From NCBI GenBank assembly GCA_035221665.1, contig CM069162.1:24490001-24554000 (forward strand): 64,000 nucleotides of DNA, in the 5' to 3' direction. The notes under the pieces were generated by a model. That model was given only the letters and a program-made list of their open reading frames with translations, was not told where the DNA came from and did not search any database. A program made the position numbers and the translations under genes. Shown here piece after piece: positions 50,720-62,300 of this stretch. Numbering within the stretch: the stretch's first letter is position 1; each line of letters opens with the position of its first letter. This DNA comes from Okamejei kenojei (lineage: Eukaryota).

Positions 50720-51880
50720 CCTCTTGAGTTTTGTTTTCCAAAAATAAACCTTATTCAGAATAAAAATATATACAAAACAGAAACTGTGCAAAAATTCTTC
50801 ATACGTACTCAGTACATTCAATAGTGTCATACGCAGTAGTGTTTGTTCATGTTTTTAAACAAAATAGCCTTGACACAAATGTGCCCCCCTGGGGTGATAT
50901 CCCTCTTCCTTATTTGAAGTGTGACCCTCCAGACTCTGCCCGTCAATGTCCAACAGCGGAAGGACCCCAGACTGAGATCCTCCCCCACATAGCCTTGGCT
51001 TTGGCTGCACACGTTTCAGTGACTAATAGAGTGATACAGCGTGGAAATAGGTCCTCTGACCAAACTTGCCCACACCGGCCAACATGTTACAGCTACACTG
51101 ATCCCACCTGCCTGCGTTTGGTCCATATACTTCCAAACCTGTCCTATCCATGTACCTAACTGTTTCTTAAACTTTGGGATAGTCCCTGCCTCAACTACCT
51201 TATCTGGCAGCTTGTTCCATACATCCACCATCCTTTTGTGTGAAAAAAATTACACCTCAGATTCCTATTAAATCTTTTCCCCTTCACCTTAAACCTCAGT
51301 CCTCGATTCACCTACTCTGGGCAAGAGACTGCGTGCATCTAGCCGATCTATTCATCTCATGATCTTATACTCCTCTAAAAGTTCTCACTAAAACCTATCT
51401 CACCTCTCTCTGTGCCTTCTCATTATTTGATGCACCTGGATGCCCTCCATGGACTAGAGTCCCAGCCTACTCAACCTCTCCCAATAGCTGAGACCCTCTA
51501 GTCCTGGCAACATCCTCGTAAATCTTCTCTGTACCCTTTATAGTTTGTAAAGCATGAGTCCCTCAATATGTACTCCTTCTTTCTGGAATGGGTGAGTTGG
51601 CAACATTCCCTGATGGATATTTCATTGTGCAGGGAGGACAACAAGTTTCAGCAGACCAAAGAGTTGATGATGTTCCACATGCACTTGATGTCAGTCTCCA
51701 AATGTATCCCTGGGAATACGTAAGTTAGAGAGTCCTTGATTATGGAGCTGTTCAGGTTGAACCGTGATAAGGACCCTTGCTTCATTCTCCCGAGCCTCAT
51801 CATAAATCCATACTCTGCAAAAGGTGGACAACCAGCCCCTCTCCGTCGCAGCCTTCACAAGGGGAGATGGCATCAACAAT
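50720..51880 (-). mobile_element. Tx1/L1-clade LINE 3' fragment split by a CR1 (51025-51540, -)
   Basis: Minus-strand remnants PCEGCDGEGLVVHLL (zinc-knuckle-like), ECCQLTHSRKKEYILRD and AAKAKAMWGRISV. The CR1 insert reads VDVWNKLPDKVVEAGTIPKFKKQL. Confidence 0.6.
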
Positions 51881-54265
51881 AAGACTCATATTCTGCTTTC
51901 ATTCATGTGTGTGGTACAGATGATAGCAATGTAGAAGGAGCAGTACCTTAGCCTGGGTCATCAACATCAGGAAAGCAGAACAAGATTCCCTCTTTTACTA
52001 GAGCTACAACATACCAATATAACATTGGGCATCTCAGTACAGCGAGAAAAGAGGCAATATAAGGTATCTTCAGTTTATATTATGGGAATAATAAAATATG
52101 TAGCATAAATATATTACATATACTTACCATCCTTTTTAAGTGTCATTCACGTAAAATTCTTCCGGCATATTCATGTTGGAGATGAACTCCTTCATTCTGC
52201 AGCTTCCTTAGGGATTTGCATTCTACCTGCTGAACATGTTACACAAGGGCAGATTCTCAAATACCAGCAGCTCTGTAATCCCCCCTAAGAAAATTCAGGA
52301 GGGAATCCAAGAACCTTGGAAATTATTTATGTGGGAACTACCCAAGGAAGCATAGAACGCCACATCCTCCTGTAGACTGTAAATGAGATTTTTATTTAGT
52401 AAACCTACAGTTTTCTTTAGCTCTGCATGTTCTCTCCGATATCAAGACATCCTGCTGTGATTAGTTTTTCAACACTTTCAGCACAGCACATTTCTTTTCC
52501 CCTAAAGATCTACTTGGCTCATCTTTTAATGAATCTGACTTTCTTATTTAACATGTTGTGCTTGTCAGGGGATGTGAACAAAGGATACTTCCACTCTTAG
52601 CAACCAATGCCATCAAGCAGGCATAAAATCCAGAATAATTTACTCCAATACAACTGGATGACAGGTTAGGAAAGGAGCTTGGTGTCATCCTTTGGAAATC
52701 CTAATCACCGATGGATTCATTCCTATATGTTGCAGGCAACCTTGGCATTCTATTCATGTACAAGGTCCCACAAACAGAAATGAAATGGTTAACTAGCTTT
52801 GGTGGACATGATAAACTTGCATTTATTTAGTGTTTGTGATGTGACAAAAGATCCAAAAGTCTTCTGCGCCATAGCTATCGTGCAATCTATAATCTAAGGA
52901 ATTTAGGGAGTCAGTAGCATGGTGATCAAAGATTTGGCCACAGATATTCGTTGAAAAGGGAATTTAACGAATTGAAAGAGAAAAGGAAAATTCCATATTT
53001 TGGCCAAGGCGGCAGAAACCTAAATCAAGGGAGAGCAAAACAAAATGCAGATGTTGTGGCCAAAGGGAGGAATATTGGTTCAGACTACAAGATAACACCT
53101 CTGTTTGCCGGAGTGCCCTGGAATTTTTAATGTACAGATGAACTGACAGATGGAGCTTTGGTTTATTAATTTTGAACTGTTTAGTGTATGTCCCCTTGAC
53201 TCCTTCTCTTTGAATCCTTAATGAATAGAGACATGATACAAAATGGTACTTATTCTATCTTTCAAAAGCACTCAGAAAAGGGAGGTAGACTTGACAAAAT
53301 AAATACGAGCATTACATTGTGGGAAATGCAGTGAAGTCCTAAATGATCTTGCTGACCACATATATAAGATTTATTTATGCAGTTACTGAGTCATAGAGTC
53401 AAACAGCACAGATGCAGACCCTTCAGCCCAACTCATCCATTTGACCAAGTTCTCTATATGAGCTTGTCCCCTGCATTGGTTTCTTATCCCTCTAAAATTT
53501 TCCGATCCACGTACCTATCTAAATGTCTTTTAAATATTGTGATTGTACCTGCCCCCATAGCCTCATCTGCAGCTCGTTCCATATAACTACTACACTCAGT
53601 GTGAAAATACTGCTGCCCCTAAGGTTCCTTTTGTATCTTTCCCTTCCCACCTTAAACTGAAGCTTTCTTGCTTTAGACTCCCCTCCCCTGGTAAAAAAGA
53701 CTGAGCATTCACCTTTTCTGTGCCTTTTATTATGTTATATGGTCTATAAAGCTACCCTGTCGCCTCGCTCCAGGGAAAAGAGTCCCAGCCTATCCAGCTT
53801 CTAATAACTCAAGTCCTCCAATCCCGGTAATATCCTTGTAAATCATTTATGCACCCCTTCCATCTTAATGACATCCTTCTTATAGCTGGGCAACCAGGAC
53901 TGCAAACAATATTCCGCATCCTGTCTGAATACCAGTTTGTGCAGTTATAACATGATATCACAACTCCACACTCAATGCCCTGACCAATGAAGGTAGATGT
54001 ATTAAACACCTTCTCCTCCACTCTGTTTGCCTGTAATTTCTCTTCAGGGAACTGTGTACCTGCACCCCCAGGTTCATCTGTTGTACCGCACTTCCCATGG
54101 CCCTGTCATTAACTGTGCAAGTTCCGTCCTAGTTTAACTTACCAAAGTGCAACACCTTGCCCTTGACCAAGTTAAATTTCATCTGCCATTCTCTGACCTA
54201 CTTCTCCAGTTATCAGGATCCTATCGTAATGTTTGATAATCCGCTCCACTGTGGATCCACTACAT

Positions 54266-55302
54266 CAGAGGTCGGCAACCTACGGCCCGTAACCAGAAAT
54301 CATCCTGCCCGCAGCCATTTTATTTTTCCGTAATCATCCGGCTTGCAGACTTCCATCATCTCCGATACCTCCTGGGCCCGAGGCCACGGCGACGCAAGGA
54401 GGCCTGCGCTGGTGGCCACAATGGTGGAGCCGCCAAGCAGCGCAGAGCACCGAGCTCTGGCCGTGCAGCATCCTGCGCACCTTCTGTGTCTGGGCTTCAC
54501 TGTCGGGATCGGGGTTGTCAATAGGCCGGGGACGAGTGAGTGTGAGTATTTGAGCCACCGCCTTCAGGACGAAGCCAAGGCAATGATCCGTAGGTGCGCC
54601 ATGTTGGTGAGCGCCCGTAACTAGGGGCCAGTGCTCCGGGTGGCACCCTCGAAGGAGCGGGATCTACGTGAACACCTGATTTGATGCCTGCCATCCGCGG
54701 CGGGATGGGGGTGGGATTCATGTGTACACATGATAGATGTGGCACGCCATCCGCTCACAGACATGCGCCCTGGCCCCAATGCAGAAAAAGATAAAACAAG
54801 TCTCATTTATTTATTTAGCACATTTAAAAAACAACTCTCGTCAGCCAAAGTGTCTTTACATTTGTTATAAGAATAGTATAAACAAACAAACTACATACAT
54901 ATATACATATAGCCCTCGCTCAGAGAACGTCAAGAAAGGCTTGGGAGTATAGATACGTTTTTAGTCTTGACTTAAAGGAGTCAATGGAGGGGGCAGTTCT
55001 GATGGGAAGAGGGAAGCTGTTCCACAGTCTGGGAGCTGCAATCGCAAAGGCGCGGTCGCCCCTGAGCTTATGCCTTGATCGCGGGATATTCAGCAAACCC
55101 AAGTCGGCCGATCTGAAGGACCTGGTGGGTGAGAAGACATTTAATGTAGGTGGGGGCAAGCCCATTGAGGGCTTTGAAGACATAGAGGAGGATCTTGAAA
55201 TTTATACGGAACCGCACAGGGAGCCAGTGGAGAGAGGCCAGGATCGGGGTGATGTGGTCCCTTTTTGGGGTGCCCGTCAGGCAACAAGGTTGCCGATCCC
55301 TG
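54266..55302. mobile_element. hAT-type MITE, same ends as 13114-13595 in opposite orientation, containing an L2 insertion
   Basis: TIRs CAGAGGTCGGCAACCT / AGGTTGCCGATCCCTG and TSD CACTACAT (54258-54265) / CATTACAC (55303-55310). 54733-54785 matches the reverse complement of 13130-13185. Confidence 0.85.
54805..55280 (-). mobile_element. L2 LINE 3' fragment
   Basis: DHITPILASLHWLPVRFRINFKILL and GDRAFAIAAPRLWNSFPLPIRTAPSIDSFKSRLKTYLYSQAF are classic L2 ORF2 C-terminal motifs. Confidence 0.9.
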
Positions 55303-56500
55303 CATTACACCATCAATTTTGATGTAATCTACAAATTTAATGTTAACAACACGGTTATCCAAATAATTAATATAAATAATAAACAACAGTGAAACCAGCA
55401 TTGATCCCTGAGGCACTCCACTGATCACAAGATTCCAATCGGAATAACTACCACCCTCTGACTTCTTCTACCAACCCAATTTTGTATCCAATTGGCTCGC
55501 TCACACTAGATCCCATGTGATCTAATATTTAAGACTAACCTACCATGCATGACTTTGTCAAAGGCCTTGCTCAAGTCAATGTAGACAATGTCCGCCATAC
55601 TGACCTCTTGATCACCTCTTCAAAAATCTCAATCAAATTTGTGAGATGTGATTCCCCATACACAGTCTTGCTGACAATTCCTAACCAGTCCTTGCCTTTT
55701 CAAATGCTGATGGATCCTGTCCCACAGTATCCCATCCAGTAACGTGCCCACAACTGATGCTCGGTTCACCAGGCTTGTTCTTTGCAGCTCTTTTTAAAGA
55801 AAGTCACAACAGTAGCCACTCTGCAGTTTTGCACCTCACCCGTGGCCCCTGTGATTGTTTCCCCAGCTTCACACAATATTCTAGGATATATTTGGTCAGT
55901 CTCCTGGGATTTATCCATCTTAATATGCCTCAAGACTTCTAGCAGCTACTCTTTTGAATTGTGGATATCTTCCAAGACATCACTATTAATTTTCCATGAT
56001 TCCTTAGCTCCCATGACCTTCTCTGCTGTAATATTCATTGAAGGCCTTAAAAATATTCTACGGCTCCACACAATAATTATATTATTTTAAGTTAGTTATA
56101 AAGATTTTATAGGACTGGCCCATGGGTTGAGGTCATAAATTGGGCAAGGCTGATTTTGGAGGCATTAGGCAGAAACTTGCGGAGATTAATTTGAGTGAGA
56201 CTGCTTGCAGGTAAGAGAATGGCTGGCTAGTGGAAGGCTTTTAAAAGTGAAATGGCAAGAGTACAGGTGCAGCACGTTCTTGTTAGGCTGTTGGGTGAGG
56301 CTGGCAAGTTTAAAGAACCCTAATCGATAAGAGAGGGTGAGGCTATAGAAGGGAAAAAGGAGGCATATGTCAGGTTTAAGGCGGTCGGTATGGACAAGGT
56401 GTGTCGAAGGGCCTGTTTCAGTACAATACAGCTCTGTGACATAGATGGCCACATTGATCCTTCAGGGGACCTGTTTTCTCCCCAGTTATCCTTTTATTTA

Positions 56501-57106
56501 TCTATATATTACTAAAACTCACTGAGTAAGTTTGCATGTTTGTTTGTGAGCGTGCTTTTCATGGCCTGAAATACGCCAAAACAGTACACAATAGCGTTAC
56601 AATTTTTGCACCACCTTACTCACCATTGTCCTGTGGTGTGTTGTATCAAGTTTCGTTCAGGTTGATGTTATATTTTACAAGTTATTCACATTTTTTCATT
56701 TATAAAATCCCAATTTGAGAAAACAATCTTCCCTCTGCACTGGCAGTTACAGCTATGACATCACAATGGGATTGTAGCCCTGCCTGCTACAATGTTATTA
56801 TCCCAGGACACTGAGTCCTGCCAGCCCCAGCAAGTGCAATTGCATTTTTTTTTAAAGTTTAAAATGAGGAAGGGTGAATAAGGGGAAATAAGCAGCCCCT
56901 GCGCAGTGGTGAAATATTGCCTTGGGGAACCGGTTACGTTGGGGGACCAGGCCTGGCGGAACGGGTGAGTGGTGGAATATTGCGTTGGAGGAACGGGTTG
57001 CATTGAGGGTACAGGTGAGTGGTGAAATATTGCTTTGGGGAATGGGTTGCATTGGGGGACCAGGCCTCCCGTGTGACAGGAACCCAACGGGTCCCATTTG
57101 GTCTAG
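56501..57106 (+). mobile_element. Complete non-autonomous Helitron (606 bp)
   Basis: Inserted between A (56500) and T (57107) with no TSD. 5' TC, 3' CTAG, and a subterminal hairpin GGAACCC-AAC-GGGTCCC (57079-57095). Confidence 0.88.
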
Positions 57107-57261
57107 TATATTTATAAAATCTCTTAAGATTCTTCTTCAGCGTATCTGGGCACTATCTTGTAGGCTTGTCTTACTTCTACTTTTGCGTCAAGAAATTTGT
57201 GGGTTCAATGCCACCCTAGAGATTTGATTACAGAATCTAAGCTGGTCAAGAGCTACATTAT

Positions 57262-57585
57262 CATAAGATCTTGTCATGTGATTGGAGTAGAACTAGGCCA
57301 TCCGGCCCATCAAGTCTACTCTGCCATTCAATCATGGCTGATCTATCTCTCCCTCCTAAACCCGTTTTCCTGCATTCTCCACATAACCTCTTACACCCGT
57401 ACTAATCAAGAATCTATCTATCTCTGCCTTAAATATATCCACTAACTTTGCCTCCACTGCCTTTAGTGGCAAATAATTCCAGATTCACGACCCTTTGACT
57501 AAAGAAATTCCTCCCCTTCTCCTTCCTAGAAGAACATCCTTTAATTCTTAAGCTATGACCTTTAGTCTTAGACTCTCCCACTCTC
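57262..57585 (-). mobile_element. CR1 LINE 3' fragment
   Basis: VGESKTKGHSLRIKGCSSRKEKGRNFFSQRVVNL; similar to 6955-7175. Confidence 0.85.
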
Positions 57586-57861
57586 CCATTATCGCTAGTA
57601 ATGTCTTTATGGCAAGCCATTAAACTAAATTTGGTTTGGATGGATATTGTGAGCATCACATGGAGAAGATCAGACAGTATCTTCATTAAAATCAGGTAAA
57701 ATCTACAAGATGAGAAATCTTAGGTGGCTCACTACATCAAAGAAGAAAGTTTCAACAAGGATCATCAAGGTTAGATTTGAAGTAGGGAAGGTCAGAGTGG
57801 GGCTGATGTTATTCTAGAGGTAGGTTGTTGGCAACTAAAGGAAAAGACAACAATAGAAGAA

Positions 57862-58392
57862 GATTCAATTCAAGATTCAAGAGAGTTTATTGTCATGTGT
57901 CCCAGATAGGACAATGAAATTCTTGCTTTGCTTCAGCACAACAGAATATAGAAAGCATGAATACAGAACAGATCAGTGTGTCCATATACCATTGTATAAA
58001 TATATAAACACATGAATAAATAAAACAGATAAAGTGCAAATAAACTGATAATGGGCTATTAATGTTCAGAGTTTTGTTTGAGTTGAGTTCAATAGCCTGA
58101 TGGCTGTGGGAAGAAGCTGTTTCTGAATCTGGACGTTGCGGTCTTCAGGCTCCTGTACCTTCTACCTGAAGGAAGCGGGGAGATAGTTTGTGGCCAGGAT
58201 GGTGTGGGTCCTTGATGATGCCGCCAGCCTTTTTGAGGCAGCGACTGCGATAGATCCCCTCGATGGTACGAGGTCAGAGCCGATGATGGACTGGGCAGTG
58301 TTTACTACTTTTTGTAGTCTTTTTCGCTCCTGAGCACTCAAGTTGCCGAACCAAGCCACGATGCAACCGGTCAGCATGCTCTCTACTGTGCA
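57862..58392 (-). mobile_element. Rex1/Babar-like LINE 3' fragment
   Basis: TVESMLTGCIVAWFGNLSAQERKRLQKVVNTAQSIIGSDL and a (CTTGAAT)n tail; homologous to 33150-33535. Confidence 0.88.
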
Positions 58393-60423
58393 AATCAGAA
58401 AAATGCAAGAGCAGGAGAATGTGTGTTCAGCTGCATGGGATTTCAATTTATGTTTCGGATTCAGAAATGCTCTGCTCAAACAAGGTGCTTGGTTCTTTCC
58501 TGCGGCCAGTAGATTTAAGTAGAAGTCAAACCTAGCTAAATGGTTCTGACAGAATATAAAGTAGAATCTAGACCACCTGTGAGACAAGGGTTAACAGTCT
58601 GGAAACAATCCAAAAGCCAGGATTCCATGTCGTGTCTACCAGCTACAATCTTATGGCTCAGTTGAAACAACTCTGGAATCACCTCAGGATGGAGTAACTA
58701 TGCAACTGGGCTGATGGCCAAGGAGATGTCAACACAGCAAACTTCTATTAAGTGTGTAATCAATTTTCAACGTACACGTGTGGCGATAGACACAAAATAG
58801 AATCTCTAAGCTATGCAGCAATATAAAAGTTAATTTATTTGAAGAAATCTACAGTAAAAACCATTGCAAAATGAAACGGAGCCGTCAAGATAAGCAAAAC
58901 CCCAGATTGATTCTGTGCTGCACTTAGCTTCAGTTGGCTTTAGCTGCCATGCCCAATCATGATCCAGCAACTATCGCTGAGAATTGGTGAATGCACTTTC
59001 AGTTCAGTTTGTCTTCAAAGCCACCTACAGTCCAAATTGCCTGCCAGTATTCATTGCCAAAATTCATAAAGTATAGTCTCTTGGAATTGGTACTGGAGAT
59101 TTATTGACACTATGAAACCAAACTCAAAGGCAAGTAAGTGTTCTGGGAGTGAAAAAGCAATATTATGCCGGAAAAATTTAAAGCGTGACTAATGATAACT
59201 AGCGAGGCAAAGAACAACAATTATAACCTAAAATGAATTTTCATTGCACTTACCTACATTATCATGATCAATTAGGAAACGCATGCACCTTGGAATAAAA
59301 AAACAAAATAAAAAACAAGCTAGGCGCATAAATATAGCAGAAAATGTGGCTCCAGCTAGCTTTCATAGAGAAATGTATAATACTTTTTTGCTGAATATAT
59401 ACAGTATGTTTCAGTTGTCCTGTACAGATGTATGATGATCTATTCTTGTCATGTCTACCAAGGCACAGTGAAAAACTTTATTTTGCATGCTATCCAATCA
59501 AATCAGATAATAGTATGCATAAATACTGAGAAGCCAAACTCAAGTATAATAGGTAGAGTAAAGGGAAAGATGCAGAATGCAGAATATAGTTTTCACATAT
59601 TGCAGCTGAGCAGTAGTATAGAAGGAGTAGAGTAGAGCAATACTTTGATCTTTCAATTCTGGGATCCGGACTCAAATTAAATCCCCATCAAGGGACTACC
59701 TACTGGTTACAAGAATCTTGGTGGAGCAAAGTGTCTGTGTAACTTCAGTTGAACATGTCGACAGCACAGAAATGTCCCAATTTACTCATGAACAAACACC
59801 ATCAAAATGAATTCTCTAGCCATTTGTCATTACATCTGTTGATATTGCTATTCCAAACTTGCCGAAGTAACAAGATTGATTATATTTCAAATGTAATTTA
59901 TGGACTGTGAAGTACTGTCGGTTAAAGATGACCCAAGCAACCTTTCTTTTTCCCAGTTATGAAATATACAAAAACATAAAAAATCCTCAGATTCAAAACT
60001 AGTTGTTATTGTATGTAGAATTTGACCAAAAAAACATATCAGCCAGTGGAGCAGAATGAGAGCTTTATCAGTTCAGGCTTCAAAACGCCTTGGTGGGTGG
60101 AAGTGAGCTATTCTTGGAATTTACACATTTAAAAAAACATTATTTATAAAATTTGCCAATGAGTATAGAACATTCATATGTCCCCATTTTCGGTCCAAGG
60201 CATATCATTCTATTTCCATTACATCAGCACAACATCAATTTTCCTTTGCACACATTCCACAAACCAACAGCCCACGGAGTTTTACATGGATTACAGCTCC
60301 TTAGTGTGCTGCAATGGACAAGAAGTCCTTAAACTGTTGTCCTCCCAATGCCACATCATTGTGGCAGCTGTGCCGGACTTCAGAGTATCCATCAGATATC
60401 ACCATGGAGTATAGAGTATGCTG

Positions 60424-60716
60424 GTTTAGTTTAGTTTAGTTTAGAGATACAGCGCGGAAACAGGCCCCTCGGACCACCGGCCCCAGCGATCCCCGCACAT
60501 TAACACTATCCTACACCCACCAGGGACAATTTTTATTTAACATTTACCAAGCCAATATAGCAACAAACCTATACGTCTTTGGAGTGTGGGAGGAAACCAA
60601 AGATCTCGGAGAAAATCCACGCGGGGCGAACGTACAAACTCTATACAGACAGCATCCATAGTCGGGATCGATCCCGGGTCTCCGGCGCTGCATTCGCTGT
60701 AAGGCAGCTACACCGC
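60424..60716 (-). mobile_element. HE1-like tRNA-derived SINE with a CR1-type tail and (CTAAA)n end
   Basis: (GTTTA)n GAGATACAGCGCGGAAACAGGCCC tail and B box GGATCGATCCC. Confidence 0.85.
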
Positions 60717-61047
60717 CACACATCAGTGCACATTCAGTGATGTGTAGCTCCATCCGTTGGCAAGACAATGGATTTTGGACAGAATTTTACTTCGGAATCA
60801 CGTGAGTGACTACGTGAAGAAGCCCCGCCTGGCGCTAGAACGTCATTACGTCGACGCTGACGGCAGAAGCAAGAGCTGCAGAGCGCAGCTCCTCGCAGCG
60901 GCCGGAACTTACCCGCAGGTAAGTGCAAGGAAAATAGGGGACGTTGTAAAAAAGACGTTACGCTGGTAGAACCAGCAAAAGAGAAAGTAAAATTTAAAAT
61001 CAGAGTCACGCTGGCGTACTGATTTAGCCAGATAATAAAAAAGAAAA

Positions 61048-62300
61048 ATGTAGAAGTCTCAAAGGAAAATTTCGCGGGTAAAAAGATCGTCCCAGGGTGA
61101 AGCTAAAGAGTCGGGACAAGAGTTTAGTGCGGATCCGGTTCCGATACCGGTGGCCGCTGATTCACCCATTAGTGAGACTATAATTTCTCCAGAAATGCAA
61201 ACCACGGAGGAAAATGTTCCTAGAAAAAGTAAAAAGAAATCCGTGAGGCCCGTGGTTTCTGATAATGACTCTGATAATGAAAGTCCTCTGGATAATAAAG
61301 CTATATGGCTAAAAATGGAACATATGGAGAAAGTGCTCCAAAATATAATGAGACAAGGGTCACAGTACCCAGAAGTTTCCCAAAATGACCCCGAGGGGTT
61401 TGAATATACAGAATATGGCTATGTGCCAAATTGGGAATTTGAAACTCCAGACCCAGGATTAAGGGCGGAGGAAGTCTCATTGGATATAATTCCAAGTGTA
61501 TCAGGGCTGCAAAAGACAGACCCTGCAAGTGGTGATGTGGATTATGAGTGCACACCACGAATAAAAAAGATGAGGCCAGATGTGCCTGATATGGCAAAAG
61601 ATTTTGCTATACCTGAAGGAAGTGGTGAGGCTATGGAAGAAAACCTAGCTGCCAGTATTAATTATATGGTATCTCACCAACTTCAGGATTCTGTGATGAT
61701 TGAAACAGCAGAATTATATAAAACACCGGAAAATTGCACCTCATTGAAGGTGCCTACGGTTAATCCGTCTATATGGACGCCTATGACTCCAGGCATGAGA
61801 GGACAAGAAATAAGATTTCAAAGAATCCTCAAATTGATTTCAGCTGCCATTACTGCTTTTGGAAGGCAAATGGAGGGGTTGGAGATGGATAAAATCCAAA
61901 AAGATACTTTGGGCTTATTGTGCAATTCCTTCTATGAAATTAATTGTATGAGGAAAATTGCGATTCGGCCCATATTTCATCCAAGGTTTGCAAGTCTGCG
62001 TCGATCAAGTGGTGTTCAAGCTCCTGGTTATCTATTTTGAGAGAACCTGCCTAAGCAAATAAGAGAAATGGATGAAGAGGCTAAATCTATTAGCCACATG
62101 AGACCTTTCGTCTTTGGACAAAAAAGGTATTTTTTGTCAAGAAGGGGATTTGATTTTGGAAACAGAGGCAGGAATATGATAAGAAAATATTATCATCCGA
62201 CACAGCCTAATGTTCACCCGTATACGGGGAGAAGGAGACCACCACGTTCATATGGAGAGGTACAAAAAGTTTATTCTATTCTTAAAGAAATTGTGGACAA
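61048..62300 (+). pseudogene. DIRS gag-like ORF1, disrupted (ATG TAG at 61048; TGA at 62038-62040)
   Basis: The 296-aa ORF 61150-62040 contains YKTPENCTSLKVPTVNPSIW and YLF*ENL (LFG-like). The frame stays open upstream to the ATG TAG and downstream past the TGA. Confidence 0.75.

Larger units (their letters stand above)
53390..56060 (-). mobile_element. CR1 LINE, degraded, split at 54265/55303 by a hAT MITE
   Basis: CR1 3' end at ~53390. ISGVPQGSMLVSLLFIIYINYLD..KFVDYIKIDG at 55300-55428 continues across the insertion. Confidence 0.88.

Noticed and set aside
52128-52226. Minus-strand exon-like segment (CAG|...ATG|GTAAGT)
   Set aside because: Stops in all three frames, a weak pyrimidine tract and no recognisable homology.
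40600-60700. Neighbouring gene upstream of CAMTA1 (e.g. DNAJC11, recalled from mammalian synteny)
   Set aside because: No recognisable coding exon on either strand.
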